The notes beneath the pieces were generated by a model. That model made no database searches. It was given only the letters and a program-made list of their open reading frames with translations, and had not been told where the DNA came from. From assembly GCA_963769365.1 (NCBI GenBank), contig CAVYLU010000025.1:19970-83969 (forward strand): a stretch of DNA of 64,000 bases, given 5' to 3'. Both the position numbers and the translations under genes were made by a program. Below are positions 40,659-49,952 of the stretch, one piece after another. Source of the stretch: an uncultured Alphaproteobacteria bacterium (lineage in GTDB: Bacteria; Pseudomonadota; Alphaproteobacteria; Rhizobiales; Xanthobacteraceae). Every line of letters starts with the position of its first letter. Within the stretch, counting starts at the first letter, position 1.

Positions 40659-40975
40659 AGATGCTGGCGGGCCACGAACGACGATGATGAGCAATATTGC
40701 GTCGCCGTAGCGCTATGACAGCGGAGCCCATCACACGCCGGAACCCGAGAATATACGACTGCCTGCGACCTGGCGCGCTGCGCCCACAAGGGGGCCGTTT
40801 CAGATGTCGCGGTCGTCCCCTGTGAGCCCCGATGGACAGGGCGCCGAACAATGCAAGGATTCGGTGTCATGTCCGTTCTTGAAGGCAGGGCGCTAAACCG
40901 ACGCGTTTGACCATCTCGGACGTCACTTGAGCTATTCGGCTCCAGCCAGAACTAGCAAGTGCTATCTGGGCAGCA

Positions 40976-41827
40976 TTATTCGGGAAACGTACCAAATATA
41001 TAGACCGCCGCACGCAGCAGATCCGGACGTTGACCGATTGCCGCGAACCATTTCAGATAGATGTCGAGGATTTGGGGGCTGCTGTAGAGTTGCGAGAGCC
41101 CTTTATTGACAGCAATCCGAAATGCCCAGTCGCCGAGTGGGAGGGCGATGGCATAGGGTTCGTAAGACAGGTTCTCCGGAAGCATCTTGTAGGTTGACCC
41201 ATCGGCATTCTGGGCGCCGATCAGCAAAAGCTTGTCGCTGGCAAACCCGTCGACCGCGCCGCTTTCCAGCCCTGCCATACCCTCTCGCCGGTCCTTGACC
41301 CGAACCAACGAAGTTTGAAGCTGACGTCGCTGCAATTCCTTTATAAGCGCGGTTTCGTTTGTCGTGCCGGCGATCACGGCAATCTTCTTGCCGCCGATGT
41401 CTCCGACGCTGAAAATTCCGGAATCTGTTCGAACCAACAAACCGGTATTTTCCATGAAAATAAAGCTCGAAAAGTCAACGTTCGCCATCCGCTCAAAGGA
41501 CACGGTAGTTGAGCCGCATTCCATGTCGGCCAGGCCGGTGACAACTGCATCGAACCGGGTTTGAGTGTCGACAGGAACCCACGCGATCGTCAGTTTGGCG
41601 TCTAGTTGCAGCTCGAGCGAGTGGACGACAAATTTGCAGAGGTCGACCGTATAGCCGTCCGGTTGCCCTTGCGGATTCACAAAGGAAAAGGGCTTTGCGT
41701 CAGATCGGTACGCGAGCTTTACAACCTTGGTTTCGCCAATCTGTTTTAGCCGTCCTTCCAAGGTTTGAGCCGAGGCGAAATCGTTGGCGCAGGCAAGTGC
41801 GACCACGAACAGAAAGGCGTAGCGCAT
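40976..41827 (-). CDS. amino-acid ABC transporter substrate-binding protein (family 3), orphan
   Basis: ATG at 41827 follows GGGAGAAAG. Signal MRYAFLFVVALACANDFASA; KLAYRSDAKPFSF..GQPDGYTVDLC, GSTTVSFER. No permease or ATPase is adjacent. Confidence 0.8.
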   Translation of the reverse strand: MRYAFLFVVALACANDFASAQTLEGRLKQIGETKVVKLAYRSDAKPFSFVNPQGQPDGYTVDLCKFVVHSLELQLDAKLTIAWVPVDTQTRFDAVVTGLADMECGSTTVSFERMANVDFSSFIFMENTGLLVRTDSGIFSVGDIGGKKIAVIAGTTNETALIKELQRRQLQTSLVRVKDRREGMAGLESGAVDGFASDKLLLIGAQNADGSTYKMLPENLSYEPYAIALPLGDWAFRIAVNKGLSQLYSSPQILDIYLKWFAAIGQRPDLLRAAVYIFGTFPE

Positions 41828-42161
41828 GTTGCTTTCTCCCAGAACGAATGCACTGTCTGCGGCCCGATACAACCGCAACCATGTCGCGACGAAGGCTAGC
41901 ACGGCGCTGCCAACGAGTTCCGAATCTGGCACGTTTGCGACATGCGGACCGCATCGAACGTCCGCTCTCTGGGGTAACCCGGAAGACATGTGCTCATGCT
42001 GAGTTCTTCTCAGTTTGCCGAGTAGGCCCAGGGAATTTTACCCTGAGCCTCTCACAGGTAGGGTCGAGGACTGGCGCGCCGGCAGGCCGCTCGACCGTGC
42101 CACGTTTCCAGTCCCCTCCACGTCGCACGCAGCATGCGGATGTCCCGCGCTGCGCGCCCCC

Positions 42162-42356
42162 AACCTGCAGCTTGCAGAACTCCTCCCGAAGCCGCTTGTC
42201 CACAGCCCCGAGCAGCCAGTCATGTCGCTTGTAGGCGCCGATCAAGATCACCAGATCGTCAGCAAATCTCGCATATTCGATGTAGGTGTACTTGCCATTG
42301 CGCGTGACCTCCCGCGCCCGCTCCAACATCTTGTCCACCTCATAATCTGGAAACAC
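42162..42356 (-). pseudogene. group II intron-type reverse transcriptase fragment (RT domain 5-7 only)
   Basis: ..YEVDKMLERAREVTRNGKYTYIEYARFADDLVILIGAYKRHDWLLGAVDKRLREEFCKLQV (Y/F-ADD box). There is a stop 5 codons upstream, and similarity is lost after KLQV. Confidence 0.6.
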
Positions 42357-43148
42357 TGGACGAATTGATCAGGTTAAACTTTGACTCAGATCAAAAGCGC
42401 AGGTGGGATAAGAGCCGCAAGCTTGATCGTTCCGTCCAGAACCATCCCACGTGTCGCAAGAAGCAGGCCAATGCACCAAGTGAAACCCGGCTAAGAAGAA
42501 AGCGTCCACTAAACAGCGGTGCAATAGAACTCCGACGTGAGCTGGCACGCGCGTCCAATCACTCAAATACCTCCGAAATATTGGAGGTCCGAAGTTTCGG
42601 AGGTGAGAGAGTGTTTTGCTGAAAGCCAAGTTTGCTTAAGCATGATGTCCGCTGCGGGTCCGGGCTGTATGAAAACGTCCACGCGCGGAGAATGCGCAGA
42701 ATTGTTTTCTCTCTTTTCTTCTTTCGACGGTGCCTACCAGAGTGGTTCTTTTCTTATTCAACGTAATCGAGACAAACGTTCTACGCAAAAGTTCGAGGTC
42801 GGAGTTTTCACACAGCCTGGGTCATCAAGAGACCTCGGCATGCATTTGGGCTAGGTCCGTTCATCCCTCAACAGCGGACGTACGGGGACGGCGGCACTAT
42901 GTCCGAAAAGTGCCTTTCGCTGCGGACCATGATTCTGTGGTGCATCGGAGGGGACACCGAGATATTATTGAAGGCCCGTTCGTCCGACTCCATCGCAAGG
43001 CGCTGCGCCTCGCAGGCGCGCGGGTTCGCTTGGTTGGTGCCAAGGCAAGTTCGATAGCCCGTCGTGGACTCCTCGTATTGCTGGCGAGCTTTGACGTGGG
43101 CAGTTGATTCCGGCTTGAACCGGCGCGCCGTAGGCGCATATTCTGAGA

Positions 43149-43358
43149 ATGACGACAATCGTCCAATGCGATTGCGGTGCTGAATACAAACGCACTGAAA
43201 CAAAGTTCTTGGTACCGCACACCGGTCACGCACCCTGTAAAGTCTGCGGGGCTACGCTAAAGTCATGGCTGGGAACCACCCACGTTCCCACATTCGAGTT
43301 GGTTAAACGTCCAGACGGAAAGCCTAAAACCTACGGAGACAATTGCGAAGATTATTAG
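43149..43358 (+). CDS. small zinc-ribbon protein (69 aa)
   Basis: CDC...CKVC four-Cys arrangement (MTTIVQCDCGAEYKRTE...HAPCKVCGATL). Confidence 0.5.
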   Translation: MTTIVQCDCGAEYKRTETKFLVPHTGHAPCKVCGATLKSWLGTTHVPTFELVKRPDGKPKTYGDNCEDY

Positions 43359-43497
43359 CGACATTGGCATGAAGGGTATGCCAAGCGAATAGGGCCGAGC
43401 GCCCGTCACCGTCGGGACATGTCGCGGACGAAGCACTGAAACCAGCGAGCGCGGGCAGTCTTGTCAAGCGTGGGCTGAGGGCGAAGCGGAGTATCAG

Positions 43498-43755
43498 ATG
43501 ACTTCGAAGAAATGGGACGATCCCCAGCTTGATGCGGCTCAATTCGCGATCGATAGGTTTTTGAACGCGAAACAAAACGTCAGCGAGCAAATGGCTGCGA
43601 TATACCAGTCCATCCAAGATGGAAGCGCTACCGACGAAGACCGGAAGAGATTAAAAGGTCTCCGCGAGCAATACATCGCGCTTAGCAAAGAAGTGGAGGA
43701 TGTGATGGGGAGACTGTTGGTCGGAAAACAACTGCCTCACCCGAAATTGGTCTGA
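43498..43755 (+). CDS. small helical hypothetical protein (85 aa)
   Basis: ORF in the lower-GC region with coiled-coil-like sequence; no family recognised. Confidence 0.4.
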   Translation: MTSKKWDDPQLDAAQFAIDRFLNAKQNVSEQMAAIYQSIQDGSATDEDRKRLKGLREQYIALSKEVEDVMGRLLVGKQLPHPKLV

Positions 43756-43770
43756 TGAGGCGAAGCGGAA

Positions 43771-43935
43771 ATGACCAGGACGCCACGAGCGCCTTGGACC
43801 CCGGAGCAGGACAAAGAGCTCCGAGCGCTCGTCCTGAGTGCGAACAGCGTCGACCCCATTGCTCAGGCTCTAAACCGGACCATTTTTGCGGTACGCCGCC
43901 GGGCAAGCCGTTTGGAGAAGACGAAGGGGAAATAG
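43771..43935 (+). CDS. possible Myb/SANT-like small DNA-binding protein (54 aa)
   Basis: MTRTPRAPWTPEQDKELRALVLSANSVDPIAQALNRTIFAVRRRASRLEKTKGK (W-x2-E/D-D..L... pattern). Below the ORF-track cutoff. Confidence 0.4.
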   Translation: MTRTPRAPWTPEQDKELRALVLSANSVDPIAQALNRTIFAVRRRASRLEKTKGK

Positions 43936-44017
43936 CCGGAGCGCGCGATTTGTCTCGCTATCGCAGCCCAACAAGCGCAGCCTTTGCCCCGTGGAGCACC
44001 TCGATAGGGGGTCGGTC

Positions 44018-44227
44018 GTGAACGGCAATATATTCAACAGCAAAGGCGTCCATGTCGGCGTGGTCACGGGCGCCGCGGTCTTCGGCCTCAAAGGTCAAAA
44101 GCTTTACGATCTTAGGGGTTCGGACATTTACAAGTTGAATGGCGACCTAGTTGGTCATTTGTCGGATGCGCGCGGCAAGGAGAAGCGTTTGGACAAAACG
44201 ACCGACAAGCTGTTCCCGGAAGGTTAG
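44018..44227 (+). CDS. small hypothetical protein with internal G-x-x-(L/I)Y-x-L-x-G repeats (69 aa)
   Basis: GTG at 44018 lies 7 nt after AGGGGG. VNGNIFNSKGVHVGVVTGAAVFGLKGQKLYDLRGSDIYKLNGDLVGHL. Confidence 0.4.
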   Translation: MNGNIFNSKGVHVGVVTGAAVFGLKGQKLYDLRGSDIYKLNGDLVGHLSDARGKEKRLDKTTDKLFPEG

Positions 44228-44314
44228 GCGCGGTCTGCTGATTTGCTGATTCCCCGCTGGGGAACTTTGTGCGTTTGCGCGGGTGCTGGCCATGGCAGTC
44301 TGGAGGAGAGTGCG

Positions 44315-44617
44315 ATGACTAAGACAACGACCTTCGAACACGGCGGCAGGGTTTACGAAATTCGCGCGATACCGACGTTAAACGGCTGGATGGTTCGCAT
44401 TTTCATCGACGGCATCGCGGCAAATGGCTTCACTTATTCGGTCAACTCCGAAATCTATCAGGACGCTGCTCTCAACCGAGTGCCAGAAGATTTGGTGGTC
44501 GGCCTGATGGAAACAGCGGAGCGTGATTTTCGGCGGGGCCTTTTGCAGGAATTGATGACGGCTGAAAAGGCTACTGACGACGATATCGCGGCGGAACTCG
44601 ATAAATTCAAACCATGA
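44315..44617 (+). CDS. hypothetical protein (100 aa)
   Basis: ATG at 44315 follows GGAGGAGAG. A hairpin follows at 44640. Confidence 0.5.
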   Translation: MTKTTTFEHGGRVYEIRAIPTLNGWMVRIFIDGIAANGFTYSVNSEIYQDAALNRVPEDLVVGLMETAERDFRRGLLQELMTAEKATDDDIAAELDKFKP

Positions 44618-44639
44618 GAGCGCCCCCGTTAGCAAGTCG

Positions 44640-44665
44640 TTGGCGCTGTCGCGCGAGCGCCAACG
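44640..44665 (+). terminator. hairpin downstream of the 44315..44617 gene
   Basis: gttggcgct-gtcgcgcg-agcgccaac gives a 9-bp perfect stem. There is no U-tract, so terminator function is uncertain. Confidence 0.35.
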
Positions 44666-45235
44666 CTCGCTCCCACTCAGCCATGCCTTGAACCGCGCGG
44701 TTCGTTGAAATCTGGACCCGCTCAAATGCCATGTGGGCCAAGGCATGATTCGATTCCGATCAGGCACCGCGGCACATTGGCGAGCCGGGCTCCCGAGCGG
44801 ACGTGGATTATCCTCAAAATAGTTGATGTCGGCTGCCAATGATTTTGCGGCCCCAGTGGCATTTACTTCTCTCTCGGGCATCCCCACATAGTGACCGTGA
44901 CCCAATGGCAAAAATCTAGCTTTACGCGGGAGCCGCCGAAGACGAAGGCTGAGCTGCGCCAGATGCTGCGTCCGCAACACGCAGCCCAGCGCGGAGAACG
45001 GGTCGAAGCGCCCGAAGGCCAAAAATGATCGCCGCTAGGGCGGCCTACGTCGATTAGATTTGCTTGGGCTATAAGATAACCGCCCCGGGATTTTCGCGCG
45101 TCCACGGCCAAGCAGCAAGTCGCTGACTAGTTGATCCCGCGCGATCCTAACTGATTCCGGCAGTCGGACGATCTGTTCGGTCGGCCGTCGGACTTTGCCG
45201 CGCGTTCCAGCAGTTCACCTCATAGGAGAGGGATC

Positions 45236-47179
45236 ATGCACAACAATTCTCTGTTCAATGCTTTCGCTCGGTCCTTTGAGGTTCGAAGCGAAACCGACAT
45301 GTCGATGGCGGAATATCTGGAATCGTGTCGAGGCGATCCGATGCGATATGCCAATGCGGCCGAGCGCCTGCTAGCTGCGATCGGTGAGCCTCAAATGATT
45401 GATACGGCCAAGGACGCCCGCCTTGGCCGTATTTTTTTGAACAGGACCATGCGCGGCTATCCGGCCTTCGCCGGATTCTATGGCATGGAAGAAACCATCG
45501 AGCGCATCGTCGGCTTCTTCCGGCACGCAGCTCAAGGTCTGGAAGAGCGGAAACAGATTCTCTATCTGCTGGGGCCGGTGGGCGGTGGAAAATCGTCGCT
45601 GGCGGAGCGGCTGAAATCGTTGATGGAAGTCCATCCCATCTACGTGCTGAAGGCCGGCGACGAACTCAGTCCAGTGTTCGAGAGCCCCCTGAGTTTGTTC
45701 GATCCGGAATCGCTGGGGCCGATGATTGAAGAAAAGTACGGCATTCCGCGCCGTCGCCTCCATGGACTGATGAGTCCGTGGTGCTACAAACGGCTGGAAG
45801 CATTCGGCGGCGACATTTCACGATTCCGGGTCGCCAAAATCCAGCCCTCGCGCTTGCGGCAGATCGCGGTCGCGAAAACCGAGCCTGGCGACGAGAACAA
45901 TCAGGACATCTCCTCGCTGGTCGGCAAGGTCGACATTCGCAAGCTGGAGACCTTCGCCCAGAACGACCCTGATGCCTATAGCTATTCCGGCGGCTTGAAT
46001 CGCTCCAACCAGGGCGTCCTCGAATTCGTCGAGATGTTCAAGGCGCCGATCAAGATGCTGCACCCGCTGTTAACGGCGACCCAGGAAGGTAACTACATCG
46101 GTACCGAGAATATCGGGGCCATTCCATTCACCGGTGTCATTCTCGCGCATTCGAACGAAGCCGAATGGCAAAGCTTCAAGGCCAACAAAAAAAACGAAGC
46201 CTTCATCGATCGCATCTGCGTGATCAAGGTGCCGTACTGCTTGCGGGCGACCGAGGAGCAGAAGATCTATGAGAAACTTATCCAGGGATCGGAACTCGCT
46301 TCCGCGCCGTGTGCGCCGGCAACCCTGGAAACGCTCGCGCGCTTCTCGGTGATGTCACGTCTTCGCAAGCACGAAAACTCTACCCTGTTCGCGAAAATGC
46401 GGGTCTATGACGGTGAAAGCCTCAAGGAATCCGGTCCGAAGGCCCGCAGCGTCCAGGAATACAAGGATGCTGCCGGCGTCGACGAAGGCATGGCCGGCGT
46501 CTCGACGCGCTTTGCATTCAAGGTCCTAGCCGCGACCTACAATCACGATACCGCGGAACTTGGCGCCGATCCCGTCCATCTAATGTATGTGCTCGAGCAT
46601 TCGATCCGCCGTGAGCAGGTTCCTGAGGAAGTCGAAAATCGTTATCTCGAATTCATCAAGGCCGAGCTCGTGCCGCGCTATGCGGAATTCATCGGCCACG
46701 AGATCCAGAAAGCCTATCTGGAATCCTATTCGGACTACGGTCAAAACCTGTTCGATCGCTACGTGGATTATGCCGATGCCTGGATCGAAGATCAGGACTT
46801 CAAGGACCCCGATACCGGCCAGATGCTCAATCGCAACCTTCTCAACCAGGAACTGACCAAGATCGAGAAGCCTGCGGGCGTCACCAACCCGAAGGAGTTC
46901 CGCAACGAGGTCGTCAAGTTCTCGCTGCGGTCGAGGGTACAGAACAGCGGCAAAAACCCGTCCTGGACCAGCTATGAAAAGATTCGAGAAGTCATCGAGA
47001 AACGGATATTTTCGCAGGTCGAAGACCTTCTTCCGGTTATCTCGTTTGGCTCGAAAAAGGACGGCGATACCGAAAAGAAGCATGGCGAGTTTGTCGCGCG
47101 CATGGTGGGACGCGGCTATACCGAGCGTCAGGTTCGCCGCCTCGTCGAATGGTACATGCGGGTGAAGCAAGCCGGCTGA
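45236..47179 (+). CDS. prkA: PrkA-family serine protein kinase (AAA+ type)
   Basis: 647 aa. Walker A LLGPVGGGKSSLAERLK; high similarity along its length to PrkA/YeaG (GLNRSNQGVLEFVEMFKAPIKMLHPLLTATQEGNY...). Confidence 0.9.
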   Translation: MHNNSLFNAFARSFEVRSETDMSMAEYLESCRGDPMRYANAAERLLAAIGEPQMIDTAKDARLGRIFLNRTMRGYPAFAGFYGMEETIERIVGFFRHAAQGLEERKQILYLLGPVGGGKSSLAERLKSLMEVHPIYVLKAGDELSPVFESPLSLFDPESLGPMIEEKYGIPRRRLHGLMSPWCYKRLEAFGGDISRFRVAKIQPSRLRQIAVAKTEPGDENNQDISSLVGKVDIRKLETFAQNDPDAYSYSGGLNRSNQGVLEFVEMFKAPIKMLHPLLTATQEGNYIGTENIGAIPFTGVILAHSNEAEWQSFKANKKNEAFIDRICVIKVPYCLRATEEQKIYEKLIQGSELASAPCAPATLETLARFSVMSRLRKHENSTLFAKMRVYDGESLKESGPKARSVQEYKDAAGVDEGMAGVSTRFAFKVLAATYNHDTAELGADPVHLMYVLEHSIRREQVPEEVENRYLEFIKAELVPRYAEFIGHEIQKAYLESYSDYGQNLFDRYVDYADAWIEDQDFKDPDTGQMLNRNLLNQELTKIEKPAGVTNPKEFRNEVVKFSLRSRVQNSGKNPSWTSYEKIREVIEKRIFSQVEDLLPVISFGSKKDGDTEKKHGEFVARMVGRGYTERQVRRLVEWYMRVKQAG

Positions 47180-47192
47180 GGCAAATGCAAGG

Positions 47193-47222
47193 GTGGCTAT
47201 TCACATCGTCGATCGGCGCCTC
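47193..47222 (+). pseudogene. stub of yeaH (DUF444/UPF0229) start: V-A-I-H-I-V-D-R-R-L
   Basis: A GTG 14 nt after the prkA stop reads (M)AIHIVDRRL, resembling the YeaH N-terminus (..FIDRRLN..). Similarity ends at about 47223. Confidence 0.35.
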
Positions 47223-47281
47223 GGAGCGATTGCACACGGATCTGAAGATAGCTCTCCCGGGTCTCGAGGAGGACCAACGTC

Positions 47282-48451
47282 GTGAAGCGGGACTTCGACC
47301 TCATCGTCTATGGCGCGACGGGTTACACCGGCCGTCTCATCGCCGAATATCTGGCGACGTCCTATCGCGGCGACGATGCTCCGTCCTGGGCGATCGCGGG
47401 ACGCTCGACCGACAAGCTCCAGAAGGTGCGTGCCAAGATCGGCGCGTCGGACGATCTGCCTTTGGTGAAGGCGGACGCCGCCGAGTCGGCCAGCCTACGT
47501 TCGATGTGCGAGCGTGCGGCCGTGATTATCACGACGGTCGGGCCTTATCAGCTCCACGGTCCCGAGCTTGTGGCGGCCTGCGCGGCCACGGGCACGGCTT
47601 ATGTTGATCTGTGCGGCGAACCGGCTTGGATGCGGCGCATGATCGACGCCCATCACGAAGAGGCGAAACGGACCGGCGCGCGCATCGTCTTCTCCTGCGG
47701 CTTCGATTCCATCCCGTTCGATCTCGGCGTGCTCACATTGCAGGAGAAGGCGCGCGAGAAATTCGGACGCCCGGCGCGGCGGGTCAAAGCCCGCCTGCGC
47801 AAGGTGAAAGGCGGCATGTCTGGCGGCACCGCGGCGAGCGCTCGGGCGACGTTGGCCGCCGCCGCGCGCGACCCGGCCCTGATCCGGCTGCTGACCGATC
47901 CCTTCGCGTTGACGCCGGGGTTCACCGGGCCGTCTCAGCCGTCGGGCCTCATCCCCGAATACGACCCGAGCATGAACGTGTGGCTCGTGCCGTTCCCAAT
48001 GGCGCCGATCAACACCAAGAACGTGCACCGCACGAATTTCCTGTTAGGTCATCCCTACGGCACGGACTTCGTCTACGACGAGATGATGGTCGCGCCGGGA
48101 TTTGGGGAAATCGCTCGCGTGACGACGGAGACGTTCGCCACGATGGTTTCCTTGTTCGGGACCGGCGGTCTCAAACCCGGCGCAGGCCCGACTCGGGAAG
48201 AGCGCGAAAAGGGCTTCTACGACATCCTCTTCCTGGGCGAGCTGCCGGATGGCGGACGGGTCGAGGCGGTAGTCACGGGCGACCGCGATCCGGGCTACGG
48301 CTCGACCAGCAAGATGATCGCCGAGAGCGCTCTCTGCCTCGTGCGCGACGTGCAGGGCGAGGGCGGCACCTGGACGCCGGGCGCGCTGATGGGTCCGGCG
48401 TTGCGCAAGCGTCTGAAGGAACGCGCCGGCCTCACCTTCAGCGCGCGTTGA
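47282..48451 (+). CDS. saccharopine dehydrogenase-like NAD(P)-binding oxidoreductase
   Basis: GTG start. DLIVYGATGYTGRLIAEYL Rossmann motif; 389 aa, typical of the family. Confidence 0.8.
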   Translation: MKRDFDLIVYGATGYTGRLIAEYLATSYRGDDAPSWAIAGRSTDKLQKVRAKIGASDDLPLVKADAAESASLRSMCERAAVIITTVGPYQLHGPELVAACAATGTAYVDLCGEPAWMRRMIDAHHEEAKRTGARIVFSCGFDSIPFDLGVLTLQEKAREKFGRPARRVKARLRKVKGGMSGGTAASARATLAAAARDPALIRLLTDPFALTPGFTGPSQPSGLIPEYDPSMNVWLVPFPMAPINTKNVHRTNFLLGHPYGTDFVYDEMMVAPGFGEIARVTTETFATMVSLFGTGGLKPGAGPTREEREKGFYDILFLGELPDGGRVEAVVTGDRDPGYGSTSKMIAESALCLVRDVQGEGGTWTPGALMGPALRKRLKERAGLTFSAR

Positions 48452-48836
48452 GGTAACGCTCAGAACGGCAGCGGCGTGCTGGATTACGTGGATCGTAACC
48501 AGCGAAAGCGCGGCTTGGCGAGCGCGAGCCTCAAATCCAGTTCAATAGCCGCTTCTCTAATCGGCCATTCGGGGTCAAGCACTTTCAGACTATCCACCAC
48601 TGCAATGTCGATGTCGCTTGCGGGCTCTTGCTTCTCTTCGGAATCGGCACCAGGGCCCTTCCACCATGGGGTTCGAAGACGAGGCGGAACAATCTGTTAG
48701 TCGGCCTTGCCGTCCGACGAACGGCAGGTCCAAGCGGACATGCGAACTCACCTCATCCATCGTCCCGCGAGGGACATCTTTCCACTGCTCGGTGGAATCT
48801 CGGTTTTCTCCTATCGAGTTTGATTCTGAACAGTTT

Positions 48837-49055
48837 TCATGCTGCTGCCACGGCTTGCTCGCGGGTCCAGCGGAACTCGGTGCCGTCAACCCATATCCTG
48901 TGCATGATCACGGCCAGCCGGCGTGCCAGGGCCACGATCGCCTTCTTCATTCCGCGGCGCCTGGCGATCTGCATGGCCCAGGCCTTGAGCCATGACCATT
49001 TCTTCGAACGCATCATGCTCTGCGCAGCTTCGTAGAGCATCACCCGCATCATGTG
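48837..49055 (-). mobile_element. IS110-family transposase, C-terminal fragment only
   Basis: ..MLYEAAQSMMRSKKWSWLKAWAMQIARRRGMKKAIVALARRLAVIMHRIWVDGTEF.. is the typical IS110 C-terminus. The N-terminal DEDD domain is absent. Confidence 0.7.
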
Positions 49056-49070
49056 AAGAAAAGTCCGCCA

Positions 49071-49580
49071 TCCCTGGTCGTAGTCCCGACCATTGGCTTT
49101 AAAATGCTCTATGGCTTCGTGGTCGTGCGGCTCGATCGCAGAGACCTCGTCTGGATCAACGTCACCACAAATCCGACCGCCGAATGGGTTGCACGTCAAA
49201 TAACGGAGGCATTTCCTTGGACTGAGGCTCCACACTACATGATCCGGGACCGGGATCGCATCTATAGCGCCGTCGTCACACGCCGGCTGCGTGCCATGGG
49301 AATTCGCGACAGGCCGACCGCACCAGCCTCGCCCTGGCAGAATGGCTTTGCCGAACGGGTGATCGGATCGATCCGACGCGAGTGTCTGGATCATGTGGTG
49401 ATCAGGGGCGAGGCGCATTTGTGTCGGGTCCTGAAATCCTACGCCGACTACTACAATGGCGTCAGAACGCATCGATCTTTGAACAAGGATGCGCCGGTTT
49501 CTCGCCCAATTCAGCGGACCGGTGTCATCAGTTCACGCGCCATCCTGGGCGGACTCCGTCACCACTACGCCCGTGTCTAG
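49071..49580 (+). mobile_element. DDE integrase-core (rve) transposase fragment, N-terminally truncated
   Basis: SLVVVPTIGFKMLYGFVVVRLDRRDLVWINVTTNPTAEWVARQ...SPWQNGFAERVIGSIRRECLDH...YNGVRTHRSL...GGLRHHYARV. The HTH region is missing. Confidence 0.75.
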
Positions 49581-49952
49581 GTTTTCGGTACACACAGCCG
49601 ACGGGCGTCGCGCAAACTTTGAAAAGCGGTGGCTCCTGACGGATTTTTTTTGGCGAACCCAATTTTCATGTCAAGCGGTGCCGGGTCGCGGGTGATAGGT
49701 CAGGCTTGCCGTCCGCGGCTCGTTGCCGGCAATTCGATCACCAGCCGCGGACCGCCGACGCTCCCGCACGTTTTGGCAGGGCAGGCGCTTCAGCAGTGCG
49801 GGTGGCGTTTGGCAGAACGAACCCAATTTTGACGCGACATCGATATCCACAATGGTAGCAGGCTCAGACGACCCAGCGACCCTTGCACTCGCGCGCATTG
49901 CGTCGGAAGCGGAAATCGAATCGTCGCAGGTTAGGACGTCAGAAAGGCAAGG

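Noticed and set aside
42868-43233. 121-aa minus-strand ORF with ..CLGTNQANPRACEAQRLAMESDERAF..
   Set aside because: It might be a relic of a small periplasmic protein. However, it lacks a signal peptide or credible start, and it overlaps the zinc-ribbon gene.
44378-45022. 214-aa minus-strand ORF
   Set aside because: No motifs. It overlaps the 3' part of a better-supported plus-strand gene and its hairpin, and its composition is typical of a spurious ORF.
44891-45028. Small ORF (..KSSFTREPPKTKAELRQML..) upstream of prkA, with VRNTQP in an adjacent frame suggesting a decayed small conserved gene
   Set aside because: Recognition rests only on a vague memory of a family motif. There is no SD and the start is ambiguous. 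It needs a database search before being called.
48837-49472. 211-aa minus-strand ORF treated as one gene
   Set aside because: Only its last ~70 aa resemble an IS110 transposase. The rest is antisense to the rve fragment.
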